Below, one piece after another: positions 20,167 to 29,239 of a stretch of 64,000 nucleotides of DNA (position 1 is its first letter; each line of letters begins with the position of its first letter). Made by a program: the position numbers and the translations under genes. The notes below the pieces were generated by a model, which saw only the letters and a program-made list of their open reading frames with translations, was not told where the DNA came from and did no database searches. Source of the DNA: an uncultured delta proteobacterium (lineage in GTDB: Bacteria; Myxococcota_A; Polyangia; Fen-1088); NCBI GenBank assembly GCA_963737265.1, contig CAVTRY010000023.1, positions 288,001 to 352,000 on the forward strand. The letters are read 5' to 3'.

Positions 20167-21309
20167 TCGGTTCCCTGGGTGTCGCGCAGGGCGACCGCGA
20201 CCAGCGTCTGGTTGATGTGCAGCCCGTCGAGCTGCTCGCCGTAGGTGTCGAATCCGATCATGTGCTTACAAAACCTCCGAAACAGCGCGCCGACCTCGCC
20301 GTGGGCATTGCGGGCGCCGGTCTCGAGCGCGCGAAGGATGCAGTTCGATCCGATCAGCAGGTCGATAGGACCATCGCCAGCGGCAGCCGCGAGATCGGCG
20401 GCCAGCGCGGGCACCAGCTCCTTGTGCGCGCCGACGTCGACCACCATGCCCTCCTCGATGGCGCAGTCAGAAGCTGATCGAGTCGTCGGGGTGGATCTTC
20501 TGGATCGAGCGCACGTAGAGCTGATGCCGGTACTGGAACGTGAGCGGGTTCTCGAACGTCAACCCACCGGTCAGATGGTCGCGTGGCACGCCGAGAGCGC
20601 GCGCGTAGGCCACCGCCGCAGGCTCCCCGTCGATCTCGTACACGCGGCGACCGGCGACATCGGCTTTGGTGATCGCGAGCGTCCGCGACGTCGTCACGAA
20701 GTGCTGGTGCTTGATGATCGCGAATCCAAGGTCGGCCTGGCACAGAGCTAGCACCATCGCACCGCTGGAGGCCTGATCACCGCAGATCACCTCGGTGCGC
20801 CGGAACGCGAGGTCGTCGCCGGCCGAGCCGCCGAGTAGCGCGATCCCGTCGAGCGCCTCGGCCACCAGCGGCGTCACGCGCTCCTCGCAGCCGCTCAGGC
20901 CGTCCACGAACGACAGGCAGAAGTAGCGTCGCGGGTCGAAGCTTGTGCGATCGACGCCGAGCCGCGCGAACAGGCTGTCAACGGTGCCGCGTACGCGCAC
21001 CTCGTCCGCGGTCAAGAGATCCTCGACCAGCGCGGTCGCCCAGCGCATCTTGGGCGACGCGATGCCGGTCACCACCAGCCCGCCGTTCGAGTGAGACCCC
21101 GACAGATGCTCGCCAGCGGTGGTGCAGCCCGCGATCTGCGCCGAGGGAAACCACGCCGCGAGAGCGCGCGCGACGTCGGCCGACGGCCGCACGGGCGAGG
21201 TGAACACCAGGACCATGTCGGGTGGAGACGAGCGCGGCCACGCCCCGACCGCTTCGGCGACCGCGCTCTCTGCGTCGATTGCCAGCGAGCTGCCTTCGAA
21301 GACCTCCAT
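20163..21309 (-). pseudogene. FIST N/C-domain sensor, single +1 frameshift near 20468
   Basis: GCTTAGE, GGSAGDDL, VYEIDGEPA, then NCILR, GFDTYGEQ..LHINQT in next frame; TTC-TGAC-TGC should read TTC-TAC-TGC (FYCAIEEG). Confidence 0.82.
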
Positions 21310-21368
21310 GCGATCTGAATCGACCGGTCCGCAGCTTCCATGTAGCCCGCAGGCGGAGCCAGCGCCTT

Positions 21369-21386
21369 CCTGAGTATAGACTCAGG
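21369..21386. promoter_or_regulatory. Palindrome upstream of FIST gene
   Basis: CCTGAGT-ATAG-ACTCAGG. Confidence 0.35.
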
Positions 21387-21432
21387 TGTAGGTTTCTGTA
21401 GTTGACGCCAGAAGTACCCTTGACGGCTGAGA

Positions 21433-21525
21433 CGGTGAAGGCCGAAGACCTGCTACGCTGGGCGCTCACCTTTGCGCCCAGCCTCGCACGGATCTGTGTG
21501 GTGCGGGACGAGCCGCCATAGGCGA
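21433..21525 (+). repeat. 93-bp direct repeat, copy 2 (orphan gene 3' end)
   Basis: Aligns to 18334-18426. Confidence 0.9.
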
Positions 21526-21628
21526 CTCCCTCGCTCCTGTGATCGCCAGCAAGCCGAATGCGCCAAGCGAGCGACTTGCTGCCACCTATTTCGCACGCCA
21601 AGCCGCCGCCGGGCTAAACTCACCCGTC

Positions 21629-23962
21629 ATGTCACGCATCGTATTTCTGCCACCCTCGCTCCTGCTTCTGTTCGCGCTCGGCCAAACCCCGGCATGGGCG
21701 CAGGCGAGCGCTTCGTCCGCGGCATGTCCCACGGGAAACCTGCTGGCGGGGAAGGCACCCGTGCAGTGGCAAGAAGTCCGGCGCGAGCTCAGCTTGCTCA
21801 CCGATGAGACCGTGGCCCCCGAGGGCGCGATCTGGGACGCGCCCCTGGCGGTCATCCTGGAAACCGGCGCCTCCACGGTGACTTGGGATTTGGGCGAAGT
21901 CACCAAGGTCCGCACCCTCGCCATCCAGGCCGACGCCAACGACACTTACAACGTGTGGGCATCCCTCGACGGCAAGGACTTCAAGTTGATGGGGCAGATC
22001 GATCCCGCCGTCGGGCACGGCTTGCGCATGCGCACGCTCGACGTGGGCGCCGGCATGCCCGCGCGCTTCCTGCGCGTCGGCGAGGGCAAGGGCGACAGCT
22101 TCTATTCGGTATCGGAAGTGGCGGCCTACTGCCAGACGCCGACGCCGTTTCCACCGCAGATGAAGGTGGTCGATGCGCCCACCGCCACCGCGCCCAAGAC
22201 CTACCTCGACTATTGGAACAACGACACCGCCGCGCGCTGGGAGATGATCCTCGCCGCCTTGGGCGCGATTCTGTTGTGGTGGGAACGCCGCCTCATCGGC
22301 CTCGGCAAGGCCGCGCTCAAGCGCCGGCTGCGCCAGGTTCTGCTCGGCACCATGGGCGTCCTCGCCTTCTGTTCGTTCTTCAATTTCGGCTTCTGGCACT
22401 TCCCCAACTTCGTGCACGGCTGGGACACCTTTCATTATTACATCGGCTCCAAGTATTTTAAGGAGCTGCACTACGAGCGCCTGTACGAATGCGTAGCCAC
22501 CGCGGATTCCGAAGAGCCGCTGTTGCGCCGCCGGGTCGAGCTGCGCAAGCTGACCAACCTGCGCACCAATATCGTCGAAACCACCGCCGACATTCTCGCC
22601 CATCCCGAGCGTTGCAAAGAGCACTTCACCCCGGCGCGCTGGCAAGCCTTCAAGGACGATCTGCGCTACTTCCGCACGCTGGAAAATCCGCGGCGCTGGG
22701 ACGACGCCCAGACCGATCACGGATTCAACGGCACACCGGTGTGGAACATCCTCGGCTCGGTTCTGACCAACTTAGCCCCGCCGGCCAGCCACGCGACCAT
22801 CCTGGCGCTCGACAGCATCGACGTCATTCTCATCACCATCATGGCGGGCCTTTTGTGGTGGGCCTTTGGCTGGCGCGCGGTGTCCGTCGCGCTCATCGTG
22901 TTCGCCACCAACTTCCCTTCGCGCTGGTATTGGATCGGCGGTTCGTTCCTGCGCTGGGACTGGCTGTTCTGGATGGGGGTCGGGCTGTGTCTCATCAAGA
23001 AGGACTATCCGCTGTGGGCAGGCGCGGCCATCATGTACGCTGCGCTTTTGCGCATTTTTCCCGGCTTCATGTTCGTCGCGCCCTTGATTGCGCTGGTGGT
23101 CCATTACATTCAGAAGCGGGAATGGGATCGCCGTTGGGTACGCATGTTCGCCGGCGCGGCTCTGGCCGTGGCATTGCTGGTACCTATCAGCTTCGCGACC
23201 TCGGGTGGACCGACGATTTATGCGCAGTTCATTCGCAACACCGCCAAGCATTCGGAAACGCCGCTGACCAACCACATGGGACTGCGCACGGTCATCGACT
23301 TCCGGCCGTCCGAAACGGCCGACCGCATGAACACGCCGGGCATGACCGATCCGTGGCTGCGCTGGAAACAGGCGCGCCTCAAAGCCTTCCACGAATCCAT
23401 CCCGCTCTACGTGTCGTTGGTGATTTGCTACCTGGTGCTGATTGGGCTCGCCATTCGAGGCGTCGATCCGTGGGTGACCGTCGCACTGTCGGTGACCGTC
23501 ATCGCGGTCGGTTCGGAGCTGACCTGTTACTATTACGCCTTTCTTATATTCCCGGCGCTGCTCTATGCGGTGGTTCCGCGCGCGGGCGAATGGCTGCTGT
23601 GGTTGACCGCGCTTACCGAATTCGTAGGTTGGGCGCCCATCAACCATATACCGAATTGGATCAAAGCCGTCATGCCGGCCGCCATGAGGGAAAGCCCGTT
23701 CGTCGCCAACTTCGGCATGCCGAAGGGGCTCGACGAGCAATACACCTGGATGTCGTTTGCGACGTTGATTGTCTTCGCGCTCATCGCGCGCGACTTGTTG
23801 CTGCTGCGCAGTCCAGCCTTGGCGCCGGCCGGGGCCGACGCGGCGGATGGCGAAGAAGTGATCGCGGAAAAAGTCGTGGCCGCGAAGGTTCTCGTGCCCG
23901 TGGTTGCGCAATCGGCCCGCCCGCAGGGTGCGGGGCGCAGGAGCAAGCGAAGGCGCCGCTAG
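21629..23962 (+). CDS. Discoidin/F5-8-type domain fused to multi-pass GT-C-like membrane domain
   Basis: Signal peptide; VTWDLGEV, SLDGKDF, ARFLRV, SVSEVAAY; HYYIGSKYFKEL, DHGFNGTP then many TM helices. Confidence 0.65.
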   Translation: MSRIVFLPPSLLLLFALGQTPAWAQASASSAACPTGNLLAGKAPVQWQEVRRELSLLTDETVAPEGAIWDAPLAVILETGASTVTWDLGEVTKVRTLAIQADANDTYNVWASLDGKDFKLMGQIDPAVGHGLRMRTLDVGAGMPARFLRVGEGKGDSFYSVSEVAAYCQTPTPFPPQMKVVDAPTATAPKTYLDYWNNDTAARWEMILAALGAILLWWERRLIGLGKAALKRRLRQVLLGTMGVLAFCSFFNFGFWHFPNFVHGWDTFHYYIGSKYFKELHYERLYECVATADSEEPLLRRRVELRKLTNLRTNIVETTADILAHPERCKEHFTPARWQAFKDDLRYFRTLENPRRWDDAQTDHGFNGTPVWNILGSVLTNLAPPASHATILALDSIDVILITIMAGLLWWAFGWRAVSVALIVFATNFPSRWYWIGGSFLRWDWLFWMGVGLCLIKKDYPLWAGAAIMYAALLRIFPGFMFVAPLIALVVHYIQKREWDRRWVRMFAGAALAVALLVPISFATSGGPTIYAQFIRNTAKHSETPLTNHMGLRTVIDFRPSETADRMNTPGMTDPWLRWKQARLKAFHESIPLYVSLVICYLVLIGLAIRGVDPWVTVALSVTVIAVGSELTCYYYAFLIFPALLYAVVPRAGEWLLWLTALTEFVGWAPINHIPNWIKAVMPAAMRESPFVANFGMPKGLDEQYTWMSFATLIVFALIARDLLLLRSPALAPAGADAADGEEVIAEKVVAAKVLVPVVAQSARPQGAGRRSKRRRR

Positions 23963-24025
23963 CCAGTTTGCGCCGAAAACATCCGGGTGCTATCCCATCC
24001 CCTTTCGCGATTTCCACGGAGAACC

Positions 24026-24310
24026 ATCACGAAGAACCTGCTCGTCCTTGCATTCCTTGCTTCCAGTCTGCTTGCTTCCCCCGCCACCGTCCGCGCGGCA
24101 GGCACCAAGACCTATCAGGTCACCGGCCCCGTGCTCGAGGTGCGCGACGACGCGATCGTCGTGCAGAAGGGCAAGGAAAAATGGGAGATCGCGCGCAGCC
24201 CCGACACCAAGGTCAAGGGCGATCTCAAGGTCGGCGCCAAGGCGACCATCGAGTACCGCATGACCGCCACGACGGTCGAAGCGAAAGAAGACGCCAAGGC
24301 CAGGAAGTAG
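24026..24310 (+). CDS. Small secreted OB-fold-like protein (apparent ATC start)
   Basis: GGAG RBS then ATC-ACG-AAG; signal peptide; TYQVTGPVLEV..VVQKGKEKWEI..LKVGAKATIEYRMTA. Confidence 0.7.
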   Translation: MTKNLLVLAFLASSLLASPATVRAAGTKTYQVTGPVLEVRDDAIVVQKGKEKWEIARSPDTKVKGDLKVGAKATIEYRMTATTVEAKEDAKARK

Positions 24311-24503
24311 GTTCGAGCCGCGTGCTGCGGGCGATTGCGCGCACCGCTGTGGTAGAAGTCGAAGCCGAAGGCATTGCTGGCCTTCACCGCGCCGTCCACG
24401 GCAAAAGCAGCGGCAAGGGCGGCGGAAATGCGCGTGCTCATAACTTCCACCCTAGCGAGTCCACCTGGAAAAACAGGCCGCGCGCCGACGAGGGCAGCTG
24501 CGG

Positions 24504-25604
24504 TCAATGACCCGCGCGCAGCTTCGCGCGCACGAAGGCGCCGCTGGCTGTGAGCTCCTCGGGACCCCAAACGGGGTAGCCTTCGGATCCCATAGTCTCG
24601 GGCACGAGCAAGGACTCGCGCTCGGCAAGAGTCGTCTTGCCCTGCTTCATCAACCCGTCGAGGCTGACCAGCGCCGCCGAAGTCTCGCTTTTGTCACAAA
24701 GCGACCAATTGATCCAACTGATCATGTGACGATCCAAGAAAGCCAACCATTCTTCGGATTCGGGAAGGAAGGTCCCGCCTGTGCCCGAGGCCTCGCTGGT
24801 CCCCCATTCGGAACAGAACACGGCGGCCCCACGGTCGATGGCGGCCTGGACCTTGTTGCGTAGTGCCTGTCCGTGGGTGCCGGCGTAGAAATGAAAGGAG
24901 TACATCAAGTTCTTCCCTTGCAGCGGATCGGCCGCTGCGATGTCCACGTCCTGACTCCAGGTGCTCGATCCAATTAGAATGAGGTTGTTCGGATCGTTGG
25001 CGCGAATGGTGGCGACGATCTTTTCCGCGTAGGGCTTGAGGTCGTCGGCCCAGACCACCGGACCGTTGGGTTCGCTCATGATCTCGTAGAGGACATTGGG
25101 ATACTTGCCGTACCTCTTCGAGGCCTCGTCAAAGAAACCCTCGGCGCCGCGGTAGGTCCGGTCATTGGGATTTCCCGGGCTCAACATCTGCCAATCCACG
25201 ATGGCGTACATGCCGTACTTCATCGCCAGCTCGACGCCTTGCCAGACCAGTTGCTTGAGCTCGGGATGAAAAGCGTAGCCGCCTTCGCCGGGGTACATGG
25301 CAAGGCGAACCACGTCGGCCTTCCAGTCTTTCGCCAAAGCGGCGAAGGCCGCGTCGTTCACAATTGCCCCGAACCATTGCAGGCCCATCGTGCTCATGCC
25401 GCGCAATTGAACCGGCTTGCCGCTGCCGTCGCACAAGTGGTTTCCGATGACCTGCAATTTGCCGTGCCGGGTGGGCGGGTTCGCCTGCACTGTCGAGGAC
25501 GTGGCCGGCCTCGCCAGCTGGGGGCGGGAAGCCGAAGCACAGGCCGAGGTGCACAGAGCGAGTAGAACGAAGCCGCAAATCGCATGAGGAATTCTCATCA
25601 TCAC
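24504..25604 (-). CDS. GH5 endoglucanase/cellulase, secreted (possible lipoprotein)
   Basis: VQLRGMST, VRLAMY, YEIMSEP (acid/base), HFYAG, FCSEWG (nucleophile), SWINWSL. Confidence 0.9.
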   Translation of the reverse strand: MMMRIPHAICGFVLLALCTSACASASRPQLARPATSSTVQANPPTRHGKLQVIGNHLCDGSGKPVQLRGMSTMGLQWFGAIVNDAAFAALAKDWKADVVRLAMYPGEGGYAFHPELKQLVWQGVELAMKYGMYAIVDWQMLSPGNPNDRTYRGAEGFFDEASKRYGKYPNVLYEIMSEPNGPVVWADDLKPYAEKIVATIRANDPNNLILIGSSTWSQDVDIAAADPLQGKNLMYSFHFYAGTHGQALRNKVQAAIDRGAAVFCSEWGTSEASGTGGTFLPESEEWLAFLDRHMISWINWSLCDKSETSAALVSLDGLMKQGKTTLAERESLLVPETMGSEGYPVWGPEELTASGAFVRAKLRAGH

Positions 25605-25831
25605 GGTGACTTCCTACCACCACGCGCCTAGCGCGGCCAGGCGCGTGGGTTGCGTATTAGACAAGCCCTAAGCCCCAATCACGGGAATCGGAATGACGGC
25701 CGAGAAGACGGCGAAGCGGCCGGCGGCGTGGGCGATGCAGGGACGATGCGTGCCTGTTAACAGGTCTGAAATACCTGATAGACCGCTGCTCGGTCCCGTG
25801 AGAGCATTCCTTGTTTTCCGCGGAGACATTC

Positions 25832-26473
25832 ATGACGATCTGGAACCCCCGTTTGTTGGTCATCACGAGCATTCTGGTTGCCAGCGCGACCTTGGCCACG
25901 CCGGCTGTTACCCGTGCGCAGGGCCAGCCCGCGCCGTCCATTGCCCCACCGGCATCGGCGCTGACTCGGCTGCAAGTGGACGCGTTCGCCGAGCTACTCG
26001 GCGAACCCAAGGATGTGGTTTGGCGGCGCTTGCTGGCGGATCCGGGCTTGGTTCCGCTGGCCGCCGCGGCGGCCGAGACACGCATGGAGCGCAAGAGTTC
26101 GGGCAAGACCATGACGATCGTCGGCTTCACGATCTTGGGCGTCGGACTCGTCGCAGGCTACCTCATCGTCCTGTCCGGGATTTCGGACGGCATCAATTGC
26201 GGCTACGACAGCAGTTGCTCCCAAAGTAACGACGGCCGTATCACAACCGGTTTCGCCGTCGGGCTCGTATCAACTGGCGTGGGTCTCGCGATTGGAATCC
26301 CCGGCATTGTCCGTATGGCCAAGCAGACCGAGGTCGAGACCGAAGCGGTGGACCGCTACCAATACACCGGCACCGGCCAGCAGCCCATATTTCCGCCCGG
26401 GTACTCGAGCGCCCTGCCCGGCGGCGCGAGGGGAAAGGCCCTCAACCTTTCGCTGCTGTCGTTCAAGTTCTAG
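25832..26473 (+). CDS. Hypothetical secreted/membrane protein
   Basis: Signal peptide, Gly-rich hydrophobic hairpin, C-terminal LSFKF. Confidence 0.65.
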   Translation: MTIWNPRLLVITSILVASATLATPAVTRAQGQPAPSIAPPASALTRLQVDAFAELLGEPKDVVWRRLLADPGLVPLAAAAAETRMERKSSGKTMTIVGFTILGVGLVAGYLIVLSGISDGINCGYDSSCSQSNDGRITTGFAVGLVSTGVGLAIGIPGIVRMAKQTEVETEAVDRYQYTGTGQQPIFPPGYSSALPGGARGKALNLSLLSFKF

Positions 26474-27737
26474 GCGCTTCGCCGAGCTTCACCTTGCGAA
26501 AGGTTCGCCACACCAGCAGGTCGTAGGCGATCTTGAGGCCGCCGGCGAGGAAGAACGGTATGCTTGCCAAGGCGGCCGATGCAAACAGCGGCCCGGCCAG
26601 CAGCGGCGAAAGCGCGGCGCCCACGGTGCGCGCGATGCCGGTCACGCCAGCCGCGGCGGAGCGTTCGCCTGGCGACACGAGCGCCATGGTGTAGGCCTGG
26701 CGAGTCGGGACGTCCATCTGAGAAATGCTGAAGCGCAGAAGCAGGACCGCGATGGCGAGCGGCAAGCTCGGCATGAGCGGCACGAGGAGAAGAAGCACGT
26801 TCGACGGGATGTGCGTTCCGACCATGGTGGCCAATAGTCCAATCCGTTTGGCAAGGCGCGAGGCGGTGAGCGCTGAAATTCCGGCAAGAATGTTTGCGCC
26901 AAAGAAGATGCCGCCGAGCACGGTGGGCGAAACCCCGAAGCGCCGCTGGAACCAATAGGCGACGAAGGCCTGCACCACGAAGCCGCCGGCAAACGCATCC
27001 ATGGAAAACAAACCGGCCAGCTTCAACACGTTGGTCCGCGATGTGGACAGTCCAAGTCGACCGCCGAGCCCTGACGACGGCCGAACAGCTCGTTTCGCCT
27101 CCGGCGCTTCAGCCGCCCGCGAGAGCCGCGAGAAGATGAGGGCCAGAACCGCGCCGATGACGGCGTAGCCGGCGACCACCGCTCGATAGCTGCCAAGCGG
27201 AGTGAGCCCGCGGCCTTGCAGCTGCTCGGCCAAGGCCCCACCGCACAGACTGCCAAGCGCGGTGGCGAAGGAGCCGACGAGATTGTACCAAGCGAATATT
27301 CCGGTGCGGCGTTCGGCGGGAATTTCCTCGGAAAGCGCAGCCTGCTCGACGGCGAGAAAGGGGCCGACCTCGTTGCCGCTCGGACTTATGACACCGACGG
27401 TGGCGGCCACCAGCAGCAGCGCAAACGAGCGCGTAACCGCGAACAGAACGCCGGCGAAGATCATCAGCACCGCACCGGCCAGCAGCATGCGCTGGCGGCC
27501 GACCCTATCGGCGCGGGTCGTGATCCACAGCGAGATCGCCGTGTCGCCGAGCAGTGTCAGCGTCAGCAGAAGTCCAATCTGACTTTCCGAAAGGCCCGCG
27601 GCGGCGAGGTGGAGCACCAACACCACCGACACGAACCCGTAGGCGAAGAGGCGCAGAATGCGGGTCGCAAAAAGCAGACGCACATCACGCGACAGCTCAC
27701 GCGGTCGTAGGCCGTCTTGAACCTTGTCCTGCGCCAT
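26463..27737 (-). CDS. MFS transporter
   Basis: ADRVGRQR motif A-like; about 12 hydrophobic segments; SQMDVPTRQAY. Confidence 0.9.
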   Translation of the reverse strand: MAQDKVQDGLRPRELSRDVRLLFATRILRLFAYGFVSVVLVLHLAAAGLSESQIGLLLTLTLLGDTAISLWITTRADRVGRQRMLLAGAVLMIFAGVLFAVTRSFALLLVAATVGVISPSGNEVGPFLAVEQAALSEEIPAERRTGIFAWYNLVGSFATALGSLCGGALAEQLQGRGLTPLGSYRAVVAGYAVIGAVLALIFSRLSRAAEAPEAKRAVRPSSGLGGRLGLSTSRTNVLKLAGLFSMDAFAGGFVVQAFVAYWFQRRFGVSPTVLGGIFFGANILAGISALTASRLAKRIGLLATMVGTHIPSNVLLLLVPLMPSLPLAIAVLLLRFSISQMDVPTRQAYTMALVSPGERSAAAGVTGIARTVGAALSPLLAGPLFASAALASIPFFLAGGLKIAYDLLVWRTFRKVKLGEAPRT

Positions 27738-27758
27738 TCGCCGCGACAGCCGTGCGGA

Positions 27759-28517
27759 CTACTCGCGGCGCCAGTGGCCGGGACGATAGCGCGCGTGGTG
27801 CGGTCCACCCTCCCAGCGCGCCGGCTCCCAAACCCAACCAGCCCGCCGTGCCTCCCAATGCCCCGGCATCCACACGTTTTGCCGACCGTCCCAATGCCAG
27901 TTGCCGCCGATCCAGAAATACCCGGGACCCGGCGACGGCCCCATGACCTCTCTGCGGGGTGGCGGCGGCGCCATGTTCACCGTCACTTCGGCCGGTGGCG
28001 CATACACCGGTTCGGGAGGCGGCGGCGCGTACACCGGCGCGGGTGCGGCCGACCAGTAACCGGGCGTAAAGACCCATTCCCCGCCTTCGCTGACCCAACG
28101 GCCTTCGACCCAAACCTGTCCTTGCGCCGGCGGCAAATCCCAACGACCGCCGATCCAAACGTGCCGTCCACCTTCCCAGCCCCAGTAGCCGCCGATCCAA
28201 ACGTGCCGAGGCGACGGCGCCATCGGCCGAACCTCGCGGCGCATGGGCGGCGGCGCCATGCGAGCGCGGTACATCGGTCCGGGGTGGTTGTCGTGGAAGC
28301 GCTCGCGCTCGATTTCGTGCCGATCGCGTTCGACCTCGTGCCGCTGCCGCTCCGCCTCATGGCGCTGCCGTTCCGCATCACGATTCTGTTCGTGCTCATC
28401 GTGGCGGAAATCGCGATGCTCGTCGCGACGCTGTTCTTCCCGATCCGGCTGGGCACGTGCCGGAAAGCCCGATCCGACCGAGAATAGTACTGCTGTGATT
28501 CCTACGAGGGTCTTCAT
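27759..28517 (-). CDS. YXWGXW-repeat secreted protein
   Basis: Signal peptide, charged His/Arg/Glu tract, repeated VWIGGYW/WVEGRW/WMPGHW units. Confidence 0.85.
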   Translation of the reverse strand: MKTLVGITAVLFSVGSGFPARAQPDREEQRRDEHRDFRHDEHEQNRDAERQRHEAERQRHEVERDRHEIERERFHDNHPGPMYRARMAPPPMRREVRPMAPSPRHVWIGGYWGWEGGRHVWIGGRWDLPPAQGQVWVEGRWVSEGGEWVFTPGYWSAAPAPVYAPPPPEPVYAPPAEVTVNMAPPPPRREVMGPSPGPGYFWIGGNWHWDGRQNVWMPGHWEARRAGWVWEPARWEGGPHHARYRPGHWRRE

Positions 28518-28723
28518 GGCTGGCTCCTTCAAGGCTGGGGACCACTATAATGACGATCCAAACCCCAATTCAATTCTAAGCAGACGCATTTAGCCGACCT
28601 TGACATTGCAAGATCCGGCGGGTTCGGCTAAGAGAGTGCTGTAAGGGGCCAAACCAGGCGAAACTCGCGGCAGCAACGGCGGTGCCCAACGCGGCGATGC
28701 TGTCGCCAATGTGACTTAGGAAC

Positions 28724-29239
28724 ATGACGATGCCGAGAATCCTCGCGAACCTTTCGATCCTTGCCGCTCTTCTCTCCACCGCGGCCCACGCCAATTTCGC
28801 GCGCGCGGAGGGACGCGCCCTCAATGCCTGCGGGTGCTACACCGAAAACGAAACTTGTTTCTGCGAGAAGAAGGCGAAATGCGGCTGCCCCGGCGAGTGC
28901 GAGCCCAAGGGCTGCGAGGTTGAGCGCCAGAAGAAGCTGCAAAAGGAAATCGAGGCCGAGACCAAGCGCGCGACGGACGAGGCGGAGGCCGCCGCCAGAG
29001 CACGTGGCCCCAAGGTCGAGGAGACGAAGGCCGACGAGAAGGCCGAAGAGAAAACGGCCGACGCCACGAGATCTGCGGCGGAGACCAGCAAGGCGCCCGC
29101 CGCGGGCAAGACGCCGCCCGTGCGCAGGATGACTGCCGCGCAGGAAAAGCAGCTCTCGCGTTTGCTCGATGCCTACCTGGCCGAGCACCCGGGCGCCAGC
29201 GGCCGAACCCTCTCGGACGTCCGCAGCGAGCTTCAGTAG
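28724..29239 (+). CDS. Hypothetical secreted protein with 8-Cys module and coiled coil
   Basis: Signal peptide; CGCYTENETCFCEKKAKCGCPGECEPKGC. Confidence 0.7.
   Translation: MTMPRILANLSILAALLSTAAHANFARAEGRALNACGCYTENETCFCEKKAKCGCPGECEPKGCEVERQKKLQKEIEAETKRATDEAEAAARARGPKVEETKADEKAEEKTADATRSAAETSKAPAAGKTPPVRRMTAAQEKQLSRLLDAYLAEHPGASGRTLSDVRSELQ

Noticed and set aside
27770-28400. Short tandem-like DNA repeats
   Set aside because: Explained by YXWGXW and RHE protein repeats.
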